Source: Opitutaceae bacterium
GTDB lineage: Bacteria; Verrucomicrobiota; Verrucomicrobiia; Opitutales; Coraliomargaritaceae
Assembly: GCA_051252375.1 (NCBI GenBank)
Contig: JBPOFY010000003.1
Span: forward strand, 416,001-480,000
Length of the DNA stretch: 64,000 bases
Direction of reading: 5' to 3'
In this document: piece after piece, positions 12,158 through 20,932 of the stretch
How positions within the stretch are numbered: the stretch's first letter is position 1
How the letters are laid out: each line of letters opens with the position of its first letter
Notes under the pieces: generated by a model
Told to the model about the DNA's origin: nothing
The model's input: the letters and a program-made list of their open reading frames with translations, nothing else
The model's database searches: none
Program-made: the position numbers and the translations under genes

Positions 12158-15100
12158 GGCGTTTGAGGACATCGTTGTAATCGTCAAGTTGCTGAGCATT
12201 TGGGAGTTCTAGGTAAGCGGCGTAGACTGCTTTGGCTGACTCTGCTTCATTCATATTTTCTAATAAGATACCATCTCTGTAGTATGCCTTGCCCGCCCAT
12301 TCCGGGAATTGGCGATAGGAGAGGTAGGTGCGCTCATAAAAGCCGTGTGCCTTCAGCGTCTCGCCTGTGGCTTCATAGCAGCGACCGATTTTGTAGCAGG
12401 CTTCTGCCCATGCGGTGCCTCTCCAATCTCTGATTTGTAGAATTTCCAGATAGCGCGCGAGTGCGTCCTCCGTTCGTTTGCTCTCCAGTAAAATGCCAGC
12501 AGAGCGCAGAGCGATTTCAGGTGCTTTGGGCCATGTCGGGTAGCGGTCACTGATTGTGTCTAGGACTGAAACGGCGTCGGAAAAATCACCGGCGTTATAG
12601 GCGATTTTAGCTTTGGTTTCGAGCGCGTCAGGCACCGCTAGTGATTCAGGGTGGTCAAAGAGCACACGGTCGATGGCCAGTTGTGAAAGCGTGGGGTCCG
12701 ATTCAAGCATTTCGGAGCCGATCCACGCGAGCGTTGCGGGGCTGGCATCGGGGAGGTCTTGAATGCTGACTTTGCTGTCTCCTGGGGGAGTCATGCCTAG
12801 TCGGTTGAAAGCAGCCAAGAGTCGTAACTCGAGTGTGCGTTGACCTTCCGTTTTGGCGGTGTTGAAAAGTGCACGAAGTTGTGATTCCGGGGTTTCCGAA
12901 GGCATCTTGCCTAGCAACTCTTTGAAGTGTGCTAGCTGTGTTTCCAGAGTTGCTTTCGCTTCAGGTAGAATGCTGGTGTCGTATTGCTGAACCGCGCCTG
13001 CAAGGACTTCTTCTTCAGTCAAAGGAACGGCGCGTGTGCCGAGTCCTTCACGCAATTCCGGATTGCGTAGCAAGCTGTCGATGATGTCGGAATCAATCTC
13101 TTTATGCTTCATCCTGTGGAGGTGGAGCGTTTTACGGTCATCGATCATGCTCAAACGGAAGGCCTCGTCATTGAGCAAACTTTCGATGAAGCCGAGAGTG
13201 CTCTCATAGTAAGTGATGAATTTGTTATACTTGCCGGCGAAGTCTTTGAAAATTTCGTCCACGCCTTCCGCTTTTGGGTTGTTGCCGAACCGAACGATGG
13301 CGTCGTAGTAGGACTGGATCATGACTTCAGGTTGGCCTGTGCTTTCGTAGGCTTGTCCAATCTGTAGAATCGCACGCGAAAGATTCCCTTCCTCTTGATA
13401 CTTCTCCATATACTGATCGAGCAGCGCAATCATGTCGTCATAGCGACTGTTGGCATCGAGCAGGCGAACACTTTCAAAATATGCGTGGTCGACGAGGTTC
13501 ATTTTTTGGGTGAACGTTTCAGTCAGCGCATAGTGGGCGAGGGCGGTTTCAACTTTTGCGTAGTAGGCATCGATGTCGCCTAGAAAGACTTCGGCTTCGC
13601 CGCGTAGATGGTTTGCCGGGTAGTCGGCGACCCATTCGTTGAAGCGCATCTCTGCTGCGTCGTAGTCACCTAAACCGAAGTCGCAGACTGCGCGACGGAA
13701 ACGCGCTTCGACGTAGAAGTTACCTTCTTTGTGTTTCGCAATGATGATATCGAAGTGATTGATCGCATCTTCAAATTTTTGCTCGATCACATCGCCGAGA
13801 CCGACCCAGTAGTGCGCCGATTGCGACATGGGCGCATCGGGGTAAGCTTCGAGATAGCCGCCGAGCACTTCTCTAGCCTGATCGATGTCGCCAAGACGCA
13901 TCCAAGCAAAGCCCATGAAGTGCACCACATTATTACCGTATAAGTGGGTGGGGTATTCTTGAACGAAAATACGTCCCAGTGCGTGAACACGATCATAGCG
14001 CTCCAGTTGGAAGTAAGCCGCGACTAGTTTAACCAGTGTTTCCCGACGATAGAGTTTGTAGTGGCTTTTCGCGATGTAGCGTTCACCTAAATCCAAAGCA
14101 TCTTCGAGATAGTCGATTTCGATCGCTTGGTTGAATGCGGTGTAGTGAAAGAGTTCTGCGCTGTTATGCTCCGGATGCTCGTTGATCAAGCGCAGGTAAG
14201 CGAAATAGGCGTCATAGATCCGGTCCATGCGCTTCAGGTTGCGAGCGCGATAGTATTTGAGTGGACCAGTGTAAGACGTCTGTTTCTTGAGCTCAGCGAT
14301 ATATGATTTTAGGTCGCTGATTTCCTCTGTTAGTTCATCGGGCACAGGGATTTGTTTACTTCGAAACCATTTGCTACGGATGTTCTTACGTTCAAGTAGC
14401 TGCTCGTTGTGCTCAATGATTGTCTCGATGGTGAGACAGAGGAAATACATGTAATTGGCAGAGCTGAATTCTCCCTTTTCTGAAAATTGGTTACCCAACT
14501 TGAACAGAGATAAGTTTAGGTTGGGGTCGTAGCGATTCTCTTTGGCATCCTGCAGATGTGCGATCAATGGCAGAACTTTTTCGGCCTCTTCAGTAACTGC
14601 GTAAGACTGTATTAGATAAATCGCAGCGACGTTTTTGAGGCGATAGCTGGAGAACATGTCATCGTATGCCTCGATGAAGCGCGGGCGACCTTCCTTCCAG
14701 AGCTTCTCAGAGGCGTAGCTGTAGCAAATATCTTCGAGCCATTTAGCTTTATATGATTTCGGGTAAATACCTTTGGCGATGCCGTTGAGTCCCAACTCGA
14801 GAGACTTCCGCATATCCTCCCACTCCTTTTGTAATTGATAGCAGTTGATCTCAAACTGAAGTGTTGCCGGTGCATTGATATCTGAGGGGAAACGCTTGCG
14901 CAGCTTTTTGCCGTAATCGATGGCTTGATTTGCTCCGCCTTTGCCTGGATTCGCGACGAAACGGTTGTAGTGATGGCGCGCCACTTCGTAGTAGCAGCGT
15001 GCGAGCAGACCATTCAATTCCTCGCCGCCTTCTTTGTCGCTTTCAATCCGATCGATGACCTCAAGCATATGGGGCATGGATTTTTGCAATGGATTGGACT

Positions 15101-15242
15101 GGATGAACGACAACAACGCGACATTCGTCATGTCCTTGGGTGCATTACTGTTGCCCATTTGAGCCCATGCACTAGTCGCAAACGTAAGCGCAAGCAGGAT
15201 CGTGATAATGAGTCTGGATACTTTAGAGGGGTATGTTCTCAA
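12144..15242 (-). CDS. Large secreted tetratricopeptide-repeat protein (1032 aa)
   Basis: Signal peptide (AWA-QM); many TPR/BamD-like units ([53 protein letters not shown]). Paralog of 27391-30495. Confidence 0.85.
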   Translation of the reverse strand: MRTYPSKVSRLIITILLALTFATSAWAQMGNSNAPKDMTNVALLSFIQSNPLQKSMPHMLEVIDRIESDKEGGEELNGLLARCYYEVARHHYNRFVANPGKGGANQAIDYGKKLRKRFPSDINAPATLQFEINCYQLQKEWEDMRKSLELGLNGIAKGIYPKSYKAKWLEDICYSYASEKLWKEGRPRFIEAYDDMFSSYRLKNVAAIYLIQSYAVTEEAEKVLPLIAHLQDAKENRYDPNLNLSLFKLGNQFSEKGEFSSANYMYFLCLTIETIIEHNEQLLERKNIRSKWFRSKQIPVPDELTEEISDLKSYIAELKKQTSYTGPLKYYRARNLKRMDRIYDAYFAYLRLINEHPEHNSAELFHYTAFNQAIEIDYLEDALDLGERYIAKSHYKLYRRETLVKLVAAYFQLERYDRVHALGRIFVQEYPTHLYGNNVVHFMGFAWMRLGDIDQAREVLGGYLEAYPDAPMSQSAHYWVGLGDVIEQKFEDAINHFDIIIAKHKEGNFYVEARFRRAVCDFGLGDYDAAEMRFNEWVADYPANHLRGEAEVFLGDIDAYYAKVETALAHYALTETFTQKMNLVDHAYFESVRLLDANSRYDDMIALLDQYMEKYQEEGNLSRAILQIGQAYESTGQPEVMIQSYYDAIVRFGNNPKAEGVDEIFKDFAGKYNKFITYYESTLGFIESLLNDEAFRLSMIDDRKTLHLHRMKHKEIDSDIIDSLLRNPELREGLGTRAVPLTEEEVLAGAVQQYDTSILPEAKATLETQLAHFKELLGKMPSETPESQLRALFNTAKTEGQRTLELRLLAAFNRLGMTPPGDSKVSIQDLPDASPATLAWIGSEMLESDPTLSQLAIDRVLFDHPESLAVPDALETKAKIAYNAGDFSDAVSVLDTISDRYPTWPKAPEIALRSAGILLESKRTEDALARYLEILQIRDWRGTAWAEACYKIGRCYEATGETLKAHGFYERTYLSYRQFPEWAGKAYYRDGILLENMNEAESAKAVYAAYLELPNAQQLDDYNDVLKRHAKL

Positions 15243-15445
15243 CGTCAGATGGGTTCTTTGAAATGGTGGTGTCTTTTGGTGCCAAATTATTTGGCTTCAG
15301 GCGGACATTCTAATGTGAGCAGAGTATTTATACAGCTGCTCTATGAATTGAGGTAAAAACAAAAAATGAAGCGTCATCTATACAGTTTCAAATGAATTTC
15401 TCCAATAGTAGGCTTAAAAACGGTAATAACCACTTATTGAGCGAC

Positions 15446-17524
15446 TCAATTGAGGGGTTTAGTAACAACCTTCACGAAGTTCGGGACTTTTGAGAGTTGA
15501 TTCTCGTTAAATTGTCCCGGTGCAACGATTAGTTCTCGTAGTGAGGGCATTTGGTGGAGTCGAGCCAGCCATTTAATCTCGGTATTTCTAATATCCAAGT
15601 AATGCAGGTCTAGACCATCCAGTTGCTTTAAAGCGCGGACTTGAGTGTTGCTGATATCTAGGGAGCGCAGGTCTAAGAAGCGCAGCATACTGTGACTTCG
15701 GTATGGAGAGCCTTCTTCAGGAACTTTAGGTCGGGTTAGAATGGCTAAGTTTGTGCCACCCAGTTTGAGGTGTCCCGTTGCTTCCGAGTAATCGAAGATC
15801 TGATTTTCCCAGTGGCTGTTGTAGTCATTGGAGCATTCGAGGACGGCGTGAATGATTTTTGCTTTTTCCTTCAAAGACGTTCTACGCAGGCAATCGTAGA
15901 TAACCATCTTCTCGGTGAGTGGTGCTCGGTCTTTGGGACCGTTGTGGAGTGCCTTGATCAAGCGGATGAAATCATCCACCGGGAGTTGGTAATTTTCATC
16001 TGTAAGTGGTGCATACTCAGCGATGAGTGCTTTGAGATCTCCTTGGGTGCCTTCTCGGATGGAATAATATCTTAATGATTCACCGAATTGCTGCGTGATA
16101 AATAGCGCGTAGGCTTTCAGTGTCCAAAGTCGATCTTTGGCGGGCGGATTATTTGCCAGCGCAAAGTCAATTTGTTCGAGTGCATTGTCGATGGTCGACA
16201 TGGTGATGCTTTCATCCATGATGAGAAAATCAAGAAGCAGTAGGCTACCGCTTACGGTATTCTGACTTTGGCTTTTCAGCAGTGCGGAGCTGATCTCTTT
16301 CTCCTGCGTATATTTTTTGAGCAACAGCTCTGCACGGTCACGGGCTGCCTCCGCGATACTCTGTTGGACTGTAGCATGTGTTTTTGCGTCTTCAGCTTCA
16401 ATGAGTGCAAGTGTCGTGTTGTCCAGTGCTTCTGCGGTGGTTCGGAAGCTGTGGCTGAGTTCCGCGTTGAACCAACTGCCCGCGCCGATGAGTAGGGCAG
16501 TGAAGCCAAGCGTGATCAAGCAGGGTTGCCGATTGCGACGGTAGAAGAGTCGGCATTCGCGTATAAAGCCCGCCTGTTCTACATCCGGGCTGAAACCTAA
16601 TACATGTCGCAAGACATCCTTACGCATCGCCTCGACATTTTTATAGCGATGCTTGGGGTTTTCAGCACAGGCCTTCATTACGATAGCTGCGATAGCCGGA
16701 GAGTCAGGTGGGGAGTCTTCGCGACATTCGGTATCTCGGAGTGTGGTGAGCTCGTAGAGCAAGCAACCGAGGGCAAAAATATCAGCTTGTGCAGATTTGA
16801 CTGCTCGTGGGTTTAATTGCTCCGGTGACATATAGCCTGGAGTGCCGTGCGCAGGCGGAGGGAGTTGGTCGCCGTAAAGATCGGGATCAAGCAAGGCTGC
16901 CGTCATGTGCTCCTCGCTATTGCCGCGCTCGATTTCGCCCAGACCCCAATCACAAATTTGCACTTCTCCAAAGGTGCCCACCTGTATGTTCTCAGGTTTT
17001 AAATCGAGGTGTAGGACATGTTTAGAGTGTGCATAGCCCATGGCTTCACAAACCCGAAGGAAAATGGAAAAGCGCAGCTCACTTGGGTATTCATCGAGGT
17101 TTTTATTGGCCTTTAAATCTTTCAGTATGGCTCGTAAGGAGCGCCCGCGTTTGAACTCCATCGTGAAGAATGGGCGCTCTTGCTGATCGATACCCATGTC
17201 GAATAGCTTAATGATATTCGGGTGCTCTAAGCGCGCAGTGATGTGTGCCTCGCGCAGGAAACCATCATAGCGCTCGATCGGGATGTCGGCCTTAGGGCGG
17301 GCGAGTGCCACGTATCTTTCAGTGGGGGCGTCATATACTTTGAAGACTTCTTTCATCCCACCCGCCGAGATGAGTGCCTCATCGCCATAACGAATATCGA
17401 TTCGCTTCAGCGTGTGATACAGCGGGCAGACCTCTTCAGTTGGATTTTTTGAGGTGTTGTTGTCGCTTGCCTCGGCTTCTTCGTATAAACGTGTGTAGGC
17501 GCTTGATAGCGAGGGGTCTTCCAT
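15446..17524 (-). CDS. Membrane Ser/Thr (Hanks-type) protein kinase with C-terminal LRR region
   Basis: REAHITARLEHPNII, HLDLKPENI, DWG, GTPGYMSPEQ, DIFALGCLLYEL; TM segment LITLGFTALLIGAG; LRRs LRSLDISNTQV and LHYLDIRNTEI. ATG lies 1 nt after the sigma factor stop. Confidence 0.9.
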   Translation of the reverse strand: MEDPSLSSAYTRLYEEAEASDNNTSKNPTEEVCPLYHTLKRIDIRYGDEALISAGGMKEVFKVYDAPTERYVALARPKADIPIERYDGFLREAHITARLEHPNIIKLFDMGIDQQERPFFTMEFKRGRSLRAILKDLKANKNLDEYPSELRFSIFLRVCEAMGYAHSKHVLHLDLKPENIQVGTFGEVQICDWGLGEIERGNSEEHMTAALLDPDLYGDQLPPPAHGTPGYMSPEQLNPRAVKSAQADIFALGCLLYELTTLRDTECREDSPPDSPAIAAIVMKACAENPKHRYKNVEAMRKDVLRHVLGFSPDVEQAGFIRECRLFYRRNRQPCLITLGFTALLIGAGSWFNAELSHSFRTTAEALDNTTLALIEAEDAKTHATVQQSIAEAARDRAELLLKKYTQEKEISSALLKSQSQNTVSGSLLLLDFLIMDESITMSTIDNALEQIDFALANNPPAKDRLWTLKAYALFITQQFGESLRYYSIREGTQGDLKALIAEYAPLTDENYQLPVDDFIRLIKALHNGPKDRAPLTEKMVIYDCLRRTSLKEKAKIIHAVLECSNDYNSHWENQIFDYSEATGHLKLGGTNLAILTRPKVPEEGSPYRSHSMLRFLDLRSLDISNTQVRALKQLDGLDLHYLDIRNTEIKWLARLHQMPSLRELIVAPGQFNENQLSKVPNFVKVVTKPLN

Positions 17525-17525
17525 C

Positions 17526-18173
17526 TTATTTGGGCTCTCCGTTGAAGGTTTCAAGGTCGGCTTTTAATTGCTGTATCTCGTTCAATAGAGTGGTTTTTAC
17601 GCGATGCTTTAAGATGTAAACTGTGTTCGTCTTGATGTTCAGCGTTTCTGCGATTTCTTCGGCTTCTTTACCTGCCATTGACATCGTGAATACTTCGATG
17701 GCGTTGCCCGAAAATTTAGTGCGCGCCTTTGCCATCGCCAATTCCACTACGTATTCCTGCCATTCTTTTTCCACCCTGGATTCAATGACAGGATCATTCG
17801 ACAGGATCGGGACTTGGCCATAATCCTCTGCGTTGAGACTTTGCCCCGTGGGTTCTCTCGATTTAGAGCGGATTATATTGATCGCGGTATTGCGGATTAA
17901 GCGAGCGAACCAGGTGCGAAACTTGGCGCGTTCTGCGTCTCGCTTATAACTGTGAAGCCCCTTCCAGAGTCGTATGAAAACCATTTGCTTGGCGTCATCC
18001 AGTTCTGCACCACGAAAGCCCATGCCGGACAATACTTTGGCAACAAAAGGGGCATAGATGCTTAACAATTCATCCCATGCGAGGTCGTCTTTGCCGTCAC
18101 GAGCACGCGAAAGTAGCGTCACACGTGTTGCATAGTCGCCCTTGGATTGGCGTGAATTGGGAGTCTGGGGCAT
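17526..18173 (-). CDS. ECF sigma-70 family RNA polymerase sigma factor
   Basis: TRVTLLSRAR..AWDELL..Y; region 2 DDAKQMVFIRLW and KFRTWFARLIRN; region 4 EEIAETLNIKTNTVYILKHRV. Confidence 0.9.
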   Translation of the reverse strand: MPQTPNSRQSKGDYATRVTLLSRARDGKDDLAWDELLSIYAPFVAKVLSGMGFRGAELDDAKQMVFIRLWKGLHSYKRDAERAKFRTWFARLIRNTAINIIRSKSREPTGQSLNAEDYGQVPILSNDPVIESRVEKEWQEYVVELAMAKARTKFSGNAIEVFTMSMAGKEAEEIAETLNIKTNTVYILKHRVKTTLLNEIQQLKADLETFNGEPK

Positions 18174-18429
18174 GTATGTAGGGGACAGCTCTAAGGCAGA
18201 GGTGTGCTAAAATCTAGCGACTGATCGGTGTTATGCGAATTTTTTCCACTGAAATATTATAGAGGAATAAATTTGGTTTTTCGTGCGCTAGATTGTTTAG
18301 ATGCATCGTCCGTGGAGGTTTATAACTAGTGGGTTCATCACAGCTTCGCTGTCATCTTGACTCATGGAATGGAACCGACACGTTCAAACTTTTACTCAAT
18401 CTGATATCCCCACTTTATCCCGTAAATTT

Positions 18430-19860
18430 ATGAAGCCACTTTTAAGATCTCTTTTCGTTTGCCTCGCTCTTTTACCAGTTGGCGCGTGTATCAGTTCTGC
18501 AGAGACGTCAAGTAAGCCGAACATTATATACATCCTAGCCGATGACCTCGGTTATGGAGACATGAGCTTCCTCGGACAGGAGAAGTTCGAGACGCCGAAC
18601 ATCGATAAGCTCGCCGCCAAGGGCCTCTTCTTTACGCAGCACTATTCCGGCAGCACGGTCTGTGCGCCATCGCGCTCAGCCTTACTCACAGGTCATCACA
18701 CAGGGCACACATTTGTGCGTGGCAACCAAGAGGTGAAGCCAGAAGGGCAGACGCCAATTCCGGATGAAGTGGTCTTGCTGCCTGAGATGCTCAAAGAGGC
18801 GGGTTACGTCAGTGGTATCTTTGGCAAGTGGGGACTGGGCTTCCCCGGCTCGGAAGGTGAGCCTTTGAAGCAAGGCTTCGATGTTTTCTATGGCTATAAT
18901 TGTCAGCGCCTCGGGCACCATTACTATCCTTATCATCTATGGGATAATGAGACTAAAGTCATCCTCGAAGAAAATGCCGGTAAGAAGAAAGGGGTGTATG
19001 CGCCGACCCTGATACACGACCGCACATTACAATTCATCGAGGACAATAAAGACCGTCCATTCTTTTGCTATGTGGCCTCGATCATACCACACGCCGAGCT
19101 AGCGGCGCCCGAAGAATATATGGAGCAATTTCGCGGCAAGTTGCCTGAAGTTAAAAAGTATAAAGGTTACGACTCCGGACCAGAGCTGCGCCAAGGTCCT
19201 TATCAATCACAAAGCGAGCCACGCACGGCTTTTGCCGCGATGATCGCGTTGCTCGATGATCAAGTTGGTGAGATCGTGGCCAAGACCGAAGAGCTGGGTA
19301 TTGCGGACAATACACTCATCATATTCACCTCCGATAACGGAGCCCACCAAGAAGGGGGCGCGGACCCTAAATTCTTTAATAGCAATGGTCAGTATCGCGG
19401 GCATAAGCGCGACCTCTATGAGGGTGGTGTGCACGTGCCGATGATCGCCTACTGGCCCGGCAAAGTGAAAGCCGGTGCCACCACAGATTTGATTTCTGCG
19501 TTTTGGGACATGGTGCCGACCTTTTCAGAATTAGCCGGTGTCGCTGCGCCAGAAAATGCCGATGGTATTTCGATCCTACCGACCTTGCTAGGCGTAGGTG
19601 AACAAGCACAGCACCCATATCTGTATTGGGAGTTTCACGAGCGCGGCGGACGCATCGCCGTCCGCATGGGCAAGTGGAAGGGCGTGCGTTACAACGTCTT
19701 TAAGCAGCCCAACCGTCCAATGGAACTCTACGACCTCTCGAAAGACCCCGGCGAGCAAAAGAACCTCTCCCGCATGCATCCAGAAGTCGTGCAGCAAATC
19801 GCGACAATCATGGAGCAAGCACGCACACCTTCAGAGGTATACAAGTTCGGCAACGAGTAG
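18430..19860 (+). CDS. Arylsulfatase (S1 family), secreted
   Basis: PNIIYILADDLGYGD, CAPSRSALLTG, GKWGLG, FTSDNG, LYEGGVHVP. The ATG at 18430 precedes the signal peptide. Confidence 0.94.
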   Translation: MKPLLRSLFVCLALLPVGACISSAETSSKPNIIYILADDLGYGDMSFLGQEKFETPNIDKLAAKGLFFTQHYSGSTVCAPSRSALLTGHHTGHTFVRGNQEVKPEGQTPIPDEVVLLPEMLKEAGYVSGIFGKWGLGFPGSEGEPLKQGFDVFYGYNCQRLGHHYYPYHLWDNETKVILEENAGKKKGVYAPTLIHDRTLQFIEDNKDRPFFCYVASIIPHAELAAPEEYMEQFRGKLPEVKKYKGYDSGPELRQGPYQSQSEPRTAFAAMIALLDDQVGEIVAKTEELGIADNTLIIFTSDNGAHQEGGADPKFFNSNGQYRGHKRDLYEGGVHVPMIAYWPGKVKAGATTDLISAFWDMVPTFSELAGVAAPENADGISILPTLLGVGEQAQHPYLYWEFHERGGRIAVRMGKWKGVRYNVFKQPNRPMELYDLSKDPGEQKNLSRMHPEVVQQIATIMEQARTPSEVYKFGNE

Positions 19861-19943
19861 TTGGAGGGTTGTGCCTCTGCCTGAGCCCCGTCGATACAGC
19901 TTGCCTGTCCCGATCTGGCCGAGCTGGTCGGAATAGCTGTTAA

Positions 19944-19972
19944 GTTGTGTAGCCACGTCACTCTGTGACGTG
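19944..19972 (+). repeat. GTAG-type REP-like palindrome (uninterrupted copy)
   Basis: GTTGT-GTAG-C-CACGTCAC-TCT-GTGACGTG. Same stem as 6064-6110. The first 14 nt are identical to the reverse complement of 6211-6224. Confidence 0.75.
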
Positions 19973-20396
19973 ATCGTCAGCAGGGGGGAGGGCACTGATG
20001 GACACGAATTTCTATAGCCATCAAAAGACACTGCAAGCGCCGCTACCCAAGCAAACCCCATCTCTCCAATAAATAATTTTGCCATCCATGATTTTGCCTA
20101 AAACACGAATGAGCCATTCACATGTATGTAACCACGAAGTTCACGGAGGCACAGAGTTTGGCAGTCGTCAGTGAAACCCTCTGAGGAACTTCGCATTTGT
20201 CGAAATCCAGTAAGAACGACTCTCAAAGATATAGACTCTTCCTAAAAGCGTGACAAACTATCGAAGCTTGAGTTTAAAGGCAATGCGCGGCTGCGCAACG
20301 AGTTGAATATGAATCCTAACCCCTTAATTCTCGCGCAAATCGAATCCGTGAAATGCGTTGTTCAAGGACGCAGATAACACTGTTCGACAAAAGAAA

Positions 20397-20903
20397 ATGA
20401 AAGGCCTTTACTCACTTCTACTAGCACTCATTTCGGTGACCTCAAGCCAAGGCATTGAATCACCAACGGTGAGTTTGCAAATGGGAGATGGCAGTATCCA
20501 CAGTTCAGATCTTTTAATATTCACTTGTCCGCCTAAAGCCGAATTACTCGGGAAAAAAGTAGAATACAGAGTATACCAGACGGAAGATCTGGAGACATGG
20601 ACTCCAAGTAATGCGTATGCGATCGTAAGACTTAGATTTGATAATGAATATGTAATCACTTTCGTCAAAGATGACCCATCGCAAGGGATATTCACAAATG
20701 GTCAGTATTTTCAAATGGTCGATGGCAGTGCGATCACTTTCTCTATGCGAGAAATCACTGGCACCACTCAAACCTTCCCTTCGGGCCCTGAACTCATAAA
20801 CTATGCGGATAGAAAAGAAGTTAACTTTTTCAAAATCGAGTATGAGGTATTCGAGGATGACGGTCCAATCATAGTCGAACCAATCGGAGTGAGCAACGGC
20901 TAA
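20397..20903 (+). CDS. Hypothetical secreted protein
   Basis: ATG at 20397 is followed by a signal peptide (MKGLYSLLLALISVTSSQG). Contains YRVYQTEDLETW and NFFKIEYE motifs resembling the C-terminal tails of 44931 and 47918. Confidence 0.65.
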   Translation: MKGLYSLLLALISVTSSQGIESPTVSLQMGDGSIHSSDLLIFTCPPKAELLGKKVEYRVYQTEDLETWTPSNAYAIVRLRFDNEYVITFVKDDPSQGIFTNGQYFQMVDGSAITFSMREITGTTQTFPSGPELINYADRKEVNFFKIEYEVFEDDGPIIVEPIGVSNG

Positions 20904-20918
20904 GCTACGCTTAGCCGT
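20896..20918. terminator. Perfect 10-bp hairpin between convergent genes (possible terminator or REP-like element)
   Basis: ACGGCTAAGC-TAC-GCTTAGCCGT. No U-tract, so the function is uncertain. Confidence 0.45.
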
Positions 20919-20932
20919 CCTCATACTCACCG

